Shown: positions 12,848 through 27,545, counted from the whole stretch's first letter. The stretch: DNA of 57,023 nt, filler included, from Porpidia crustulata (GCA_964255105.1; 7 parts of 7 records of this genome joined end to end with filler, not necessarily neighbours in it), one strand, 5' to 3'. The notes: a model not told the origin generated them from the letters alone. Translations and numbers: made by a program.

Positions 12848-13822
12848 ATGTCCGCTCCTCGGCTTCATCGCTCATCCAGGCAGATCCTGCGACAGCGCCT
12901 TCTAGATCGCCAATCTCACAGATGCTTCTCGTGCTCCATCCGCTTTGCGCAAGAACAATTCCAACACTCACAGCCACAGCCAAACCCCCTCCCCCAAGAT
13001 GTCCGCACCACTCATTTCGGCTTCAAAACCGTCCCTGAATCCGCCAAAGAATCCAAGGTCAAACAAGTTTTCTCCTCCGTTGCGAGCTCCTACGACACCA
13101 TGAACGACCTTATGTCCCTCGGCATCCACCGCCTATGGAAAGATTCTTTCGTGCGCTCCCTAAACCCTGGCTCCCCCTCCTCCTCCAACGAACCCCCTAA
13201 GCCCTGGACCATCCTCGATATCGCTGGTGGCACAGGCGACATCGCGTTCCGCATGCTTGACCATGCCACCTTCATACACGACGATCACGACACCCGCGTC
13301 GTCGTTTCCGACATCAACCCTTCCATGCTCGCCGAGGGCAAGAAACGAAGCCTCGAAACCCCATACACCGGTACGAAGCGCTTAGACTGGCTTGAAGCTA
13401 ACGCCGAAGACCTTCACGCGGTCGAAAGCGGAAGCATAGACCTCTACACCGTCGCTTTCGGCATCCGCAACTTCACCAATAAACCCCGTGCCCTCGCTGA
13501 GGCGTTCCGGGTGTTGAAACCTGGCGGGGTCTTTGCCTGCTTGGAATTCTCCAAAGTCCACAACCCACTATTAAATAATATGTACAAGCGATGGAGCTTT
13601 AGCGCGATACCGCTGATCGGGCAGCTGGTGGCGGGGGATCGCGAGAGCTATCAATATCTGGTGGAGAGTATAGAAAGGTTTCCAGACCAGGTGGAGTTTG
13701 CGGGGATGATTAGGGAAGCGGGATTCTTGGTGGGAGAGAAAGGATGGGAGGATATGACCGGGGGGGTTGCTGCTATCCATAAAGGCGTCAAGCCGGCTGG
13801 GTCGAATGGGGTAGAGATATAG
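12848..13822 (+). CDS. COQ5: Mitochondrial 2-methoxy-6-polyprenyl-1,4-benzoquinol methylase (UbiE/COQ5)
   Basis: Arg/Ser-rich presequence, THFGFKTV, YDTMNDLMSLGIHRLWK, LDIAGGTGDIAF, AFGIRN, SYQYLVESIERFP. Confidence 0.95.
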   Translation: MSAPRLHRSSRQILRQRLLDRQSHRCFSCSIRFAQEQFQHSQPQPNPLPQDVRTTHFGFKTVPESAKESKVKQVFSSVASSYDTMNDLMSLGIHRLWKDSFVRSLNPGSPSSSNEPPKPWTILDIAGGTGDIAFRMLDHATFIHDDHDTRVVVSDINPSMLAEGKKRSLETPYTGTKRLDWLEANAEDLHAVESGSIDLYTVAFGIRNFTNKPRALAEAFRVLKPGGVFACLEFSKVHNPLLNNMYKRWSFSAIPLIGQLVAGDRESYQYLVESIERFPDQVEFAGMIREAGFLVGEKGWEDMTGGVAAIHKGVKPAGSNGVEI

Positions 13823-14141
13823 ATTTTGGGGAAAGCGGACCATGTATGGACGGCGTTCGAAAATGGCGGGGATGGGTTTTGTGTTAAATGGTATGGACAA
13901 AAGCTAATTGAGCGTTGCAAATGCCTCGAGGCATTCTAATTACTTTATCGGCGTAGATATAGGAGCTCTCATCAGCTCATTTGCAATGTTACATAACCCC
14001 AACAAAAGAGGATAATCAAAGTATTAAGCAAATGGGGGTATACAGCGTTGTAGCTCAGCCAGAAAAGCATCAGAAAGCGAAGATTAATACCAAGAATATC
14101 GTACGCCTTACTTCTACGTCCTCCTTACCAATTACCGGACA

Positions 14142-15920
14142 TCAAAACCCCAACCCAATCCTCTTCCAACTCTTATCAATATCCTCCACCAGCTTGATGA
14201 AATTGTCGTCTCCGAGGCACTCAACAATCATATCATCAATCACAGCCAGTCTAGTCTCTTCGGACTGAGCGGTATACGCCGCAAGATGCTCGGCTGCGGT
14301 CTTTGGCTGTGTGGGGACAGGAAGGTCCTTGTACTTGCGAACCCAGTGATCAAGCTGATCCATGAATGCATCCGGCGCAATGTCCTCGAAATTTTTAGGG
14401 GGATGCAAGGAAGCCTTTGCGTTTTCTAAAAATTTCTTGGGGGGTTTCTTGGCGGCCTTGGGAGGTACGGTGGACAACTCATCGTTACTGTGCGAGGGAG
14501 AGACGGGGGCAATCAGAGTGTCTGATGTTGGGACTGCCGCATTAGATGTCACTGGTTTGTTGCTTGACTCTGTCCGTGCTGGCACAGTAAATGCCGTTGG
14601 TGATTCGGCCCGATACTCTGGCTCGGCAGTCTTAGCTTTGCCTCCAGAGGCGGGGGAGGAAATAACTGTTTTGGGCTTCGTGGCCTTCGCTCGACTTTTC
14701 CGTTGCTTTGTTGGCTTTGGAGGTGTTATCTCTCGTCGCAGCGGATCTCGACTCGAGGAAAGCGCCGCGCGATCTAGCTCAAGCTGAGGTGCTTTCGGCC
14801 TATCTTTTTTTGCAGGAAACGGCAGCTCCCTTTTGGGTGGTAACATCTGGCTTAAGCTCAAAGGCGTAGTCACGGGACGTTGATATTGTAGTTCTGGAGC
14901 ACTACTTGGTGCCCGCATAAAGAAGTCATCTGAAGTGGTAGCAGGACCAGCGAGTTTAGGACTTGGTAGTAGATTCGGTCTTGTCGGATTGTCCATGAAT
15001 GGATTGTAATCCATAGCTGTCGAACCACATTTTTTGATTGCTGCCACTGATTCTCTGGTTGGGGAACTCTGGTTGAACATGCTTACTGTTTGACCGTAGA
15101 TAGTCTTCTCTTGTCTAGTAAACGTCATTTATGTGCATTCAAAGGGAGATGTATCGTTACTTACTGTGACCGGTAGCTACCTTGAGAACCGGTGAAATTA
15201 GCCAGCTCCTCGGATTGCGAAGGTATATACGTGAAGGAACGACGTATTGGCGTCGAAGGAAGATGACCAGACACATTTGGCTCAGCAACCAGAACTTCAG
15301 GAGGAGAATTTTTATCTCTTATAGGTAGACCCCATGCTTTCAAAGCCTTCACTGCAATATCATAGCCGGCCTCAGGTCGGAAATTTAGTTGTATTCTCCG
15401 GATCTGAGGAATGAATTTGAGCATTGGAGAATCATTGAAAAAATCGAAAACTCTTACCTGGCCATCGGAAAGCCGATAACGAATGGCCACAAGCGGTTTC
15501 TTGATGATTAGGATAACAAAAAGATCTGCGTCTTCTAGTCGTTGCGATCGCAGTCTTTCTTCGTCAAGACGCACTTGGAAGATCAATTCATCAAGACTAA
15601 TTTGCTCCTGAGGTAGGAAAAATCAGGAAAATAGTAAGGAAAAGATGAGAATAGACTTCAATAGAGAAGTCTAAAGAGCATAGCATAGTGGAACATACTA
15701 GAATATTACCACCATGAATCAACTTTAGGACTTGTTTCTCAGTGACCATGCCCCCGAGACCAGCCGATCTGAGCTGATCAAAGACAGCGTACATGCCATC
15801 TCTGTGGGGTAGATGAGTCCATATCATCTTAGATTGAAGGGTCGCAGTGGTACAGAAGGAGAGTTTGAATAACGGCAATGAATCGGGTCCAAGCAGCGTA
15901 GGCTGCGACGAGCACGACAT
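14142..15920 (-). CDS. REC114: Probable meiotic double-strand-break factor Rec114 (Rec7-like), 4 exons
   Basis: Three ORF fragments join via GT-AG introns. The N-terminal beta-rich domain has a 'PLVAIRY...IRRIQLNF' motif, followed by a disordered S/P/T linker and C-terminal 'IVECLGDDNFIKLVEDIDKSW', which resembles the Rec114 C-terminal signature. Confidence 0.65.
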
Positions 15921-16183
15921 TTTGATGTAAAAGACGTACTGGAGAACCTTGATGATAAAGCTGCTACTTTATAACATTTTTGTTATTATTGTTACCTTAC
16001 CGACGCTATCAGCTCATTGCTTCTGTACGTTGTAAGGATAACAGCTAGGGCAACATGAATTCCAGAACAACTACCCAGTACCTCATTCAAAGAATAGAAA
16101 ATCGTTTGACTACTGAAAACTACGCAAGAAAGCTGGTTGGTAAAGAGGATGTTTGGATCATACACGAACATCGTAGCGCCAAT

Positions 16184-16235
16184 TAACGTAATCCGACACT
16201 AAACGCACACCCCACCAAAATCCAACCATTATGTT
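16184..16235 (+). mobile_element. Terminus of a pogo/Fot1-like (Tc1/mariner) DNA transposon or MITE, cut by contig end
   Basis: TA followed by ACGTAATCCGACACTAAACGCACACCCCACCAAAA; the same sequence recurs at the end of another contig (40661). Confidence 0.65.
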
Positions 16236-16335
16236 NNNNNNNNNNNNNNNNNNNNNNNNNNNNNNNNNNNNNNNNNNNNTTAATTAATTAANNNNNNNNN
16301 NNNNNNNNNNNNNNNNNNNNNNNNNNNNNNNNNNN
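16236..16335. other. Artificial contig spacer
   Basis: N44-TTAATTAATTAA-N44. Confidence 0.97.
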
Positions 16336-16615
16336 CTCGTCAGCCCATTTTATCTGTGCTTACCTCCATCAACCCAGCCTCAACATCTTAAGTAAGGGAA
16401 GGGGAAAGGAGGTGAGAGAATATAGAATCTCCCCGGCAGCTCGTTTGCAGGGTCTAGAAAGAAGTCCTTTCAAGCCATAAGAAAGATTGCGCTTGTTCCT
16501 TCGTATGACAGGCAACTTGCGCGGATAATTATCCTTCTTGTTCTTGCTTCGCTCCAGCCGTGCCCGACATCTTACCAGGCCAGTCTCCCCTTCTCCGCCA
16601 TCATACTGGCACGGC

Positions 16616-18141
<1,526 letters not shown>

Positions 18142-18983
18142 GTTACGTGCATTGTCGAGAGGCCAAGCAGGATGGAGAATTTTAGAAATATTACGAGACG
18201 CAATAATGCGCTGGATTTATGAAATGTTCCTTCTGTTTTGGATTGGCAAACTTTCATCTGGATTATCCACTGAGTTGCTTTGCTATCCTGGTGAGTACTA
18301 CGAAAAGTAGGTAATTGTTTAAGGTACCTGGCGATAATGTCATAGAGGATACAACAGATAGGTGGATCATTTACTTTACCTATACCCGACGATATCTCGC
18401 CCGATTGAAGTGCCTGCTGTAGATACTCAAGTTTGAATATCAAGTAGGTACATTCATGTGACAATCGGCTGAATGCATTGCTAGCACAGTGCATGTGAAT
18501 CGGTAATGATGATTGGCCCTGGTGGATCCGGGTGCTTATCGATATGCATTATATAAGCAGGTCTTGGAGGGGTAATCGCCCAATAAGGACTAGTTCGAGA
18601 GTAATAGTGTCGGGTGCTGCCTTCTGCGTGGAGTCACTACGGTATGTGGGTATTACCTACCTACGTGCCTACTTCATTACCAGGTACTGCCATCTTCATT
18701 ACCATCAGTTGTGATCTCAGATCCTCTCGCTTTAATGGTACACAGTGGATAAGAGACTGCAGTCGCTATTGAAGTTGCAGCTCACTCTTCTTGGACACGG
18801 CAGACTCATCTATTCCTCGCTTTGTCTGTCGCGAAGCCAGCAGGCTGCGGGTCGATTCCCCTCTCTTGGCTGGTTGACTCGATTCGAGGCTCAAACTCGG
18901 CCAGCTGGTCACCGCCGCACCTGGAATCTACCACCCACACATTTTGATCTATCTATCATCCGATATCACTCGATCGAACAAAG

Positions 18984-21652
18984 ATGGATTCAACAGGGCT
19001 TGAGAGTAAGTTCTACTAGTCTCCAGTATTCGATTCGAGCAGGAACGTCTTTGGAGACTCTTGACCGCCTTCAACGATCACCGGAGTCTCATCTCTCAAA
19101 TTTTGCTGACAGTTGGCCCTCTAGCTGTGGTGACGTTGGTACCTATTGGAGCTCCACTGGAGTTTGTGAGGGTATTCCACCTCAACATCAATAAGAAGGA
19201 GATGGATATTGGCAGAGCCTCACGGAATGCAGCGAAAGGTTTGACTGCCGCAGAAGATAACGCCTGGTTCGACAGCCCTATTATGTCTAGGCAACACGCA
19301 AAATTCAGCCTACCTTCTGTTTGGGGTAATGTGAGTTCACTGATTGACCAAGAACAAGCGTATGTCATACCCTGACCCGTCGTACAGGGAATCCACCTAC
19401 AAGATTGTGGATCTACTCATGGAACGTGGATCGGACATGACCGACTAAAGCAAAAGATCGAGTATACCGTCAATAATGGAGCAACTATCACCTTTGGGGT
19501 GAAGATCACAAGTGGACCTGGTTAGTTTGATATTCCTGAACTTCTAGCAGTCCCTTCCTGCTCATATTGCTGACCCTAAATATAGTCAGCTACCCGGCTC
19601 AGGAATTCCGCGTCCAGCTCTTATGGCAATCATGCAGGTGAGTTGACCACCCTTCAGAGTCGTGGTTCGCGCTGATATTAAACCTGCAGACTTTCGTCGC
19701 AAATGTTGTTCTCCAATCCATATACACGAGGCAGTACTGGCTTCCGTGTTCCTGATGCCGAGGTCGAATCCGCTTCGGATAAATCAAGAGAGGCCTCATT
19801 GCAGATCATCGATTCCCACCCTTGTACATACTCTGTACCGTCTTCCGATGACGAAACGGATGAAGATGGCGAAGACGATGAAGAGATCAATGAAACGTCT
19901 CCAGGCACCACTCTAGAGCAACTAGCTAGGCAGCATAAGACCCCTCGCGACTACGTAGCAGCTTCAAGTTTCGATGACGGGGAATGTGGAGCAATCGCCT
20001 CTGAAGCCCAATCTACTAGAATCTCCAATCCAGGTCACATCCCCGAAGAGAAAATTGGAACATCTCAGTTCAACCCCATCGATCTCGAAGTTCAATCTAA
20101 ACGCAATGCTAATACTCTTCGTATCGAAAGCGACGATGAGGGCCCTGATATCCTGCCTATCAGCCAGCCATATCTAGATCCCTTTTATAGAGCCCCTTCG
20201 ACTAACTCATTCAACGATTCGAAGCCGGAGTCTTCTAGTTTTCGTGTACCCGTGATGCCGTTCTTGCTCTTCCAGAATCGCCAAAATAGTCCGGTCTTCT
20301 CCACTAAAAACGACTTTGCAGGGAAAGATGTGACAGGGACGCCGACTGGCTTTCCGCGCGTACGAACACCCTCATCGTACCTTCGAGGTCCGATCGACGA
20401 CACTGAAGATGATTTTGACAGCGCTGATGAAGACGATGATTATGATTATGAGAATGATAACGACGAGGAGTTCTTAGCAGAAGAACGTGTTCCCAAGGAG
20501 CCTGTCACTCCCAACGAAGCTTCCCAGCGACACAATAGTGTTATAAAGTTCACTGCACCTAAGTCTCATATTTCTATCACCACCGGAGAATCTAGTTTCC
20601 CGGAGAAGTTTGTGCATGATCCCATGGTTAGCTCTTCTGGTGGCCTCAACGTCAGCCAAGATTATGTGAGGAACGATCTCACAGCAGCTCAGCGACCTCC
20701 GAGTCCATCTGATGCTGCCCTTGCTAAGAAGGCAGACTCGAATTTAAGATCCTTGTCTACCGATGAATTCCCCAAAGATTCAAGTTCAGCACATTTGAAT
20801 GGTTTCGGAAAGCAACACGAGGTAGCACCAAAAGGTGGATGGGCTCAGCCATCACTGCATTACCCCATTCCCTCAGACCCTAGTGCACAGATTATGTTCA
20901 ACGGCTTAGAGACTGACAACTCACGATACGAGGACGGCCCTTTTGCGTCACAGTCCAAGATGAACCAGCTGCCACACCCTCTTCCCAATCTATCAAAAGA
21001 ACTATGGCACCCGTCTATGGTTCCAAGTCCAGTACAGTCTGAGCTATTCTTCAGCGAGAACTCTCCAATACCAAGGTCATTTGTCCGTAAGTCAAATTTC
21101 AGAATGGCTACCACCGCAATGACACTGTCCGATACTACGGCAGATGAAATCACCCGGATCTCTAGGGAGAACAGTCTACAGAGGGTCAACGAAGGACAGC
21201 CGTCGAAGGTCAATATCTCTAACCTTGTGAATTCTTATGCAGACATTGCTCGAAACCTCAAAAGAAAGGCCGATGATATCAGCACAGACAGTCAACACAC
21301 CGAACCTGTTGATATTGATTCACAAGTCACGCCGTCGCAGGATCTTAAAAGCCAAGACTTCATCCTCCCCGACGCGCAGGCTCGAGATTTCCCAGCTGTC
21401 GAGGTACAAGTGTCTCAAGAATCGTCTGCAGCTATCGTTCTCGATGACCTATCTTCGAGGGCTATCGGACTTCCAAGTACTGGTAGCCCCGCTCGGAAGA
21501 AGATCAAGACCTCCAAGTCAAAGGCCTTGGGTGTTGGAAAGTTCGTTTCTGGTGTCCTCGTTGGCGTTGCTGGGGCTTTGACTGCTTTTCTTGCCACCAT
21601 TCCCATGAGTGTGCGGGAAGAGGCACTACGGGAATTCCAGAGCGCTTCTTAG
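18984..21652 (+). CDS. FHA-domain protein with long disordered acidic region and C-terminal transmembrane segment
   Basis: FHA motifs IGRAS, SPIMSRQHA and LQDCGSTHGT in spliced 5' exons. The long last exon ends with hydrophobic FVSGVLVGVAGALTAFLATIP. Start inferred from ATG 18984 followed by a GTAAGT intron. Confidence 0.8.
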
Positions 21653-23563
21653 ACCTCTAGCGGCCAATATGAGGACGGTCCGGGCTATCTCCCCGTATTG
21701 ATCAAGAACCACGAGCTTGAGTCTGGCGTTTAACGGCGCCGAGGAACACGGCGTAAGTTTGTCGGATTTTTCATACTTGGGGCCCCGGCTCATGACGGCA
21801 GATGACGTATCAAATGCACAGGATCTGAACGAACATAGGACAAGAGGGGCTGTTTCTTGATAATTACGACTGTATTGCAATACCAACCGCTTCCAACCAA
21901 TTTGACAAGGGCCGAAGGTGACTTGCCTTTTGAAAGAATTCAAACCCTTGAATTGAGCATCTCCTTACGTTCTGTTTGTCATCATTAGATAAATATGTGT
22001 TACGGGTAGGTCCAATGAGCTTACACACTATCCGAGAACTACTTTTCGGGAACTACTTGTGTCTGCAGTCGCCTTCAGGCGCAATACCATTGCAGTTTAT
22101 GAGTTGTGTCCATCAACTATCAATAAGGCTAGGCGTGTACTCACCAACGGCAACTCCAAACCCACAATTCCTTGGATTGGTGAAAGAAGTGAGGCCTATG
22201 CAGCTATAGAACGCATGAAGAGCGAGATATATACATGAAACCTCTGCGTGACCTACTGGGTTTGCAACACAGCTTCGAGCAGTCATCATGTGGGTTTGTG
22301 GGATTCAATCGGAATCGGGGGACTGCCGGATCTCACCACCAAATACCCGTATATGACATCTTCAAACACGAGACTTACTAGACTCATTGCAGGCACCCCA
22401 TCCTCAAACATAACCAAGCGGCCAGACAATCTCCTCATCTCGTCGCCGTCATTTTCCCTACGCCGTAACATGTGGATGCCTGCAGTAGCGGCATAGCGAT
22501 CTAATCTAGTGATACTTTTGTTTCAATAGAATCAATTTCACTCTGACAGCGGTATCACAGGCTCACACGTCAAACTTATCTCCGACTGTGGAGGTTATAC
22601 CGCATTCAAGTGGTCACGGGAATGCTTTTATGCTACCATCGGGATCTTCCATACTATTCCTCCATGTGCACCCTTCCAACCGCGTCGTTCTGCCTAACGG
22701 TATTGTAACGCCCATTCCTCCATGGAATCCTGTATGACCTTCACCTCTCTTTCATTAAAGACTAATTATTCGCGGAACGCATCTGTTTTGACCGGCTACA
22801 CGGGTCGACGATACCGTTGCTTGGATCCTTGACAGAAGATTGGCGTCTGGAGAAGCAAGGGCGTTCGACGATATCTATGTATATGGACCGAATTGGACCA
22901 ACCACCAAGCCGAGTGCTTTCAGGGTCTGCTAAGAGTCTAATCAGCGCAAACTCCGGCAAGACTACAGCTCCCGTTGTATTACAAGACAATTGCGACACT
23001 GAAGAGCCGTACTTGTTCATTGTGTTTATTCATCTCATTACATTTTGCTTGGGAGGATTCGATGTCCGTATCACTGGGCGAGGCAACTGCCACGTGTTCG
23101 AAATGCCAATCTTGTGGCTTTGAGGTATCCTCCACCGTGCCGTGTGTCACATCAACATAAGCTTTAATATAGGATTCTGTTCGGGCTGACGATCTTGAAA
23201 TGCAGGGTCAGTTTTGTGGCAGACTGACTACTCCATCGAAATCTTCATAAAGGGATCTGATAGCTTGCAGATCAAGTCATCGTCGATTGAGATCTTGAAA
23301 CCGTACGGCAAGCCTCGGGTTTTGTTCCTATAGGACCAATGGAGTTTTCAAGGGCTTACGGCGTCCCTGCTGTCGGACTCGTGTTCAATGGGCCAACACG
23401 GTTCAGCCTCAGATACAAAAAGGCTGTCTAGGGGTTGATCTGGCTCGAGGACACCAGCCCAATCTCTTATCACCGAAATTCCACCAGAGTCCAGCTCAAT
23501 CAGGAAGTCCACCGTCAAAGACCTCCCCGACCTCTCGACCATCCCCGCGCCGCATCATCGAAA

Positions 23564-23951
23564 ATGCCCGCTCCTTCCGCTCCTCCTCCGACTCTCGACC
23601 CCTACCATAAACACTGCATCGGCGGCCGAACCGTCGTCACCTGCCCCGCCTGCGCCGGCAACCCAATCAGGTCAGCCACCGTCCCAACTAACCCCACCCC
23701 ATCCCACCATCGTTCCGCCAGCTCACCCGCACCATCATTCTAACGCTCGAAGGTGCAGAGGTCCGCCGTGTCCGGCCTGCAAGGGCAAAGGCGTCAGCGT
23801 GTCGTGGTGCAGCCGCTGCAATCCGGGGGCCACGAGGGCCGAGGAATCACGCCAGGGGTCGGGACCCGCAGCGAGTCAGCGAGTGGATTATTCGAGGAGG
23901 CCGAGCCGTGTTGGGAGTGGGGAAGGAGGGCAGGGGATAGGAGGGATGTAG
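23564..23951 (+). CDS. Small (~100 aa) two-exon Cys-rich zinc-finger protein with DnaJ-type CxxCxGxG motif
   Basis: ATG 23564; intron 23671-23752 (GTCAGC...CTAAC...AG; alternative in-frame CAG at 23758). Splicing gives HKHC...CPACAGNPIRCRGPPCPACKGKG...WCSRC; stop TAG 23949-23951. Confidence 0.65.
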
Positions 23952-24399
23952 GGGTTTTGTGGATGACAATGGGTCTTTGATGGGTCAAGGCTTTGCGGGG
24001 ATAAATCTTCACGGGGGGAGATCTTCACAACCTGCCTTTTACAATTGAAAATTTTAGAGGGCTGGCGGGTTCGAATGTCTCCATCATACTTCTAGAAGAA
24101 AAAAATAAGAATGAATATTTCTCCCTCTCCGTCTTTCTCTTCCCCTTTGTCCATCTGTTCATCGAACCATGACGTCCAACGTAACCTCGTCCCGGCCGCT
24201 TGCGTTTTATGCACACCTATTCCTTCCGTCGCCCGGGATGGTCGCGAGATTTATCGACACGTGCCCTACCTAGACCCTCAACGCGCTGGACCTCCGTCGC
24301 CCGAATGAAGGCAGAAACATATAACGCACCACTCAGATTATCCCGATCTGCTTGGTTCATTGACCTAACATTATCCTATCCTATCCTGTTCTATTTAAT

Positions 24400-24499
24400 N
24401 NNNNNNNNNNNNNNNNNNNNNNNNNNNNNNNNNNNNNNNNNNNTTAATTAATTAANNNNNNNNNNNNNNNNNNNNNNNNNNNNNNNNNNNNNNNNNNNN
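24400..24499. other. Artificial contig spacer
   Basis: N44-TTAATTAATTAA-N44. Confidence 0.97.
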
Positions 24500-24557
24500 G
24501 ATATGGCGAGTCCGTGAGGTGGAGAACACCGCGGAAGTGTAAATCCAACACTTCGCA

Positions 24558-24670
24558 TACACGTACTTACCCCTCAAATGGTCAACCCGCCTAGGGTTAG
24601 ATGTAATCTTGATTTTAGGGTTAGGTTGACCATTTAAGTGGTGTGACCATTTGAGGGGTATATACGTGTA
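24558..24670. mobile_element. Putative MITE (~109 bp) with ~25-bp terminal inverted repeats and TA flanks
   Basis: Left end TA-CACGTACTTACCCCTCAAATGGTCA; right end TGACCATTTGAGGGGTATATACGTG-TA (2 mismatches). Confidence 0.65.
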
Positions 24671-25359
24671 GCCTAGCCTGCCTGAATTATCTAGCGTTAT
24701 CCCTGGGTGATGTATCTAATTTTCCTTCTTCAACCGCGAGATGGCTTTTTCTCCCTCCTATGTTGGAATTACATAGGGGCATGGGACGCTAGCGGAATTT
24801 TCATCTTCCGTCCCCCCTAGATAATTTATACTCCTAATAACAATAAAAACGATAATCTTCATAGTCAATGCCGGGCATCTGTAACTTGATATTTCAACAG
24901 AGCAACGGCTCTTTGAATTTGGTTTTCTGGACTTTACTCTGGGTGGAAGGGGAGGGGAATTAGTAAGACAAGACGTATGATGTCCAGAAGGGTGACCGCT
25001 AAGAGCCCAGCCAGTCATGTGAGCTCCCATGTTGGTATGTTCTTTCATTATCAGCTGTCTAAAGTATCGTGTTACTGGTTATTCGAAAGTATCTGCTGTC
25101 TATCAAGTATGATAACCATAATTGCACATTTTACAATCTCGTTGGGCGTGTCTTCATCAGAATGACTTGCTTTTAACCCCTGAAATGTCGCGGTTCACTA
25201 TGTCTATATAGAGGACAGTGCATTCTGGAGCTCGTCAGTCGTAGCCTACTGATTTCTCACCGCTGTTATTGCTCCAATTAACCAAAGGATCAGCTTTGAC
25301 ATACCGGTCCCGAGCTTTTGCGTACCACAGGCCAATTCCACTTAGGCCACGCGAAGCCC

Positions 25360-27331
25360 TCAATCTCTCTTCAGACCAACTCTGCCACATTTCCGAAGGC
25401 CGAACGCGCCAATGCAGCAAGTAAGAACCATCCACCCGAAGCACGTCCAGAATGAAGCTCGATAACCTATCATCAATGCCTCGGGCGAAACCTTGTCGGC
25501 AAAGCTCGACCCTTGTGTCACAGAGTCTGCGATAACACCAGCAAGCGCCAGCCCGATTGCTTGACCGAATTGAGCAACGGTATTGAAAACCGCACCCGCT
25601 AGCGCTTGTGTTTGGCCCGAAAACACCTCGGAAACTAGGATGATGCCGACTGTGAACAGCACTAGTAGTACTTATTAATTCGTGGATGACTCCAACTTTT
25701 ACTCCTCAGTGGAATATAGCTCAACTCACCATCAGGACTTAGAGGTTCTAGCAGCTGCGCTGGAAATGCTGCGTACCAATATGGCCAGCGTGGATTAATG
25801 AGCGCCATCAACATGGGAGCTACAGCCCCGAAAACAGATGATATCACGACCAGATAAATTGCCGGAATCCTATGGACAATGAAACCCGTAAGCAGATTCA
25901 AGATCGCTGCCAGGATCATACTCGGCAGGAAGCGAATCGATGCTTGAAGCGCTGAGAGTTTCTGCACATTTTGCCAACTATTCGACTAGTTAGCATAATT
26001 GTTATCGTCCAATGGATACTGGAAGAGAGGTTACAAGAGACTACAGAATAGTTCCATGGTCTGCATGACGGCATATGACAGAAGAACCATGAGACAGATA
26101 CTGGTGAAGGGTAATTTTCTCCATAGCGAGTTGGGAATCAGTGCAGGCTTCTGCAATCGCTCTTGTCTGCTGACCCATAGAACAAAGGCTGGAATAAGTG
26201 CCACACTGATTGTCAGTAAAGCAATGACGGAAGCGTGTCTGATGTATGATGTATTGGTCGAGAGAATGCTGTCCTATCTTTCTTAGCGAGCTGTTTCCTG
26301 TCACTGAAAAGAAAGAATGTCAGGAGCTTACACCAGCACGTAAGCAAGAAGAGCCAGGCAGGTAGTCGCTATAATCGTCCCCACCCAATCAATTTGTGTT
26401 CTTAGTCGCTTCAGACTCGGTGGTTGCATCAACGAGTCTGCCGGTAAACTCCAAATGCCAAATAGGAGGAGCATCATAATTCCTCCAGCACACATATACC
26501 ACCCAGTCCTCCAGCCAATTGTATCAACAAAGACACCGCCAAGCACGAGACCGGCAGAGAATCCAAGCGGTTGCCCGAGGCCCATACAGGCAAAGCCGAC
26601 ATTGCGTCTCTTGCCGCTGGACACTGCATTGGTTAGTATACCCACGGAAGTTGGCAGGCAGAGCGCTAGTGCAATTCCTTGCATGGCACGAAACATGATC
26701 AGTTCGATACCAGTTCGTGCTAGACCGCATGCAAGCACAAAACAGGCCAGCAGGAAGCAACCGATGAGATATACGGGGCGACTTCCAACGACGTCAGCGA
26801 CGGAGCCGGCCAGTAGGAGGCATGAACTACTAGTCAAGCTGCGAAAGGATAAGCAGGGGCTTAGTCAACGGGCGATATCGACAGAAAATACTGACCCGTA
26901 GACGGAAAGTGGCCTGCGAAAATGGTTAGCAAAGGCTATGCTACGGTATACACCGCTTGGTCGATGATAGTCCTAGCATTCGATCACAGATATGGGCAGA
27001 CGCTGTAGCAAAGCCAAATCCTACTCAGGCGGGTGGATAATACTTACCAGTAGGTCAATTGCGGTTGAATTGCCAAGTCAGCTGCCATGCGTGGGATCGC
27101 TACATTGATGAGACCAGTAGTAATACTAGTCATGAAAGTCAAGGCAGTCAGTTGTATGATGACAATAACGGCTTGGCTTTTCCGAACTTCTGGCGAAGGC
27201 GCACCCCTTGTTTGCATATTTGTCTCTGGTCCTCTGTCCTTGGGTTCTTCTACAACTTGGCCCAGACTCGCAATTGAGGTGCTTGCGGGTTGTAGAACCT
27301 CAAGCTCGGTTCCTGTGGCGGCGTGGGACAT
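25360..27331 (-). CDS. MFS drug:H+ antiporter (DHA2/Atr1-like), multi-exon
   Basis: GSVADVVGSR, RAMQGIALALCLP, GLGQPLGFSAGLVLGG, GWRTGWY, DWVG, QALAGAVFNTVAQFG, GYRASFW; many TM helices. Confidence 0.88.
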
Positions 27332-27545
27332 GATGCGCTCCGTCGCTCACTTACCACGATTTCTTGGGTCAAATTTGTTGATGACTTCCGAGAGAGAACA
27401 GTATTGCTGACAGTTGAGAATGGCAAGTGGTAAGGCTCAAGTCAAATTCCAGGACTACTCTTGAGATTATCATTAGGTACGAGGCTTCCCGTAATGCTGG
27501 TGCATAAGGGTACGGCAGTCCATATCGTGCAAAGGGAAATAACTA

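Noticed and set aside
797..13822. CYP53 plus COQ5 as a 4-hydroxybenzoate/ubiquinone cluster
   Set aside because: The genes are on different contigs separated by an artificial spacer.
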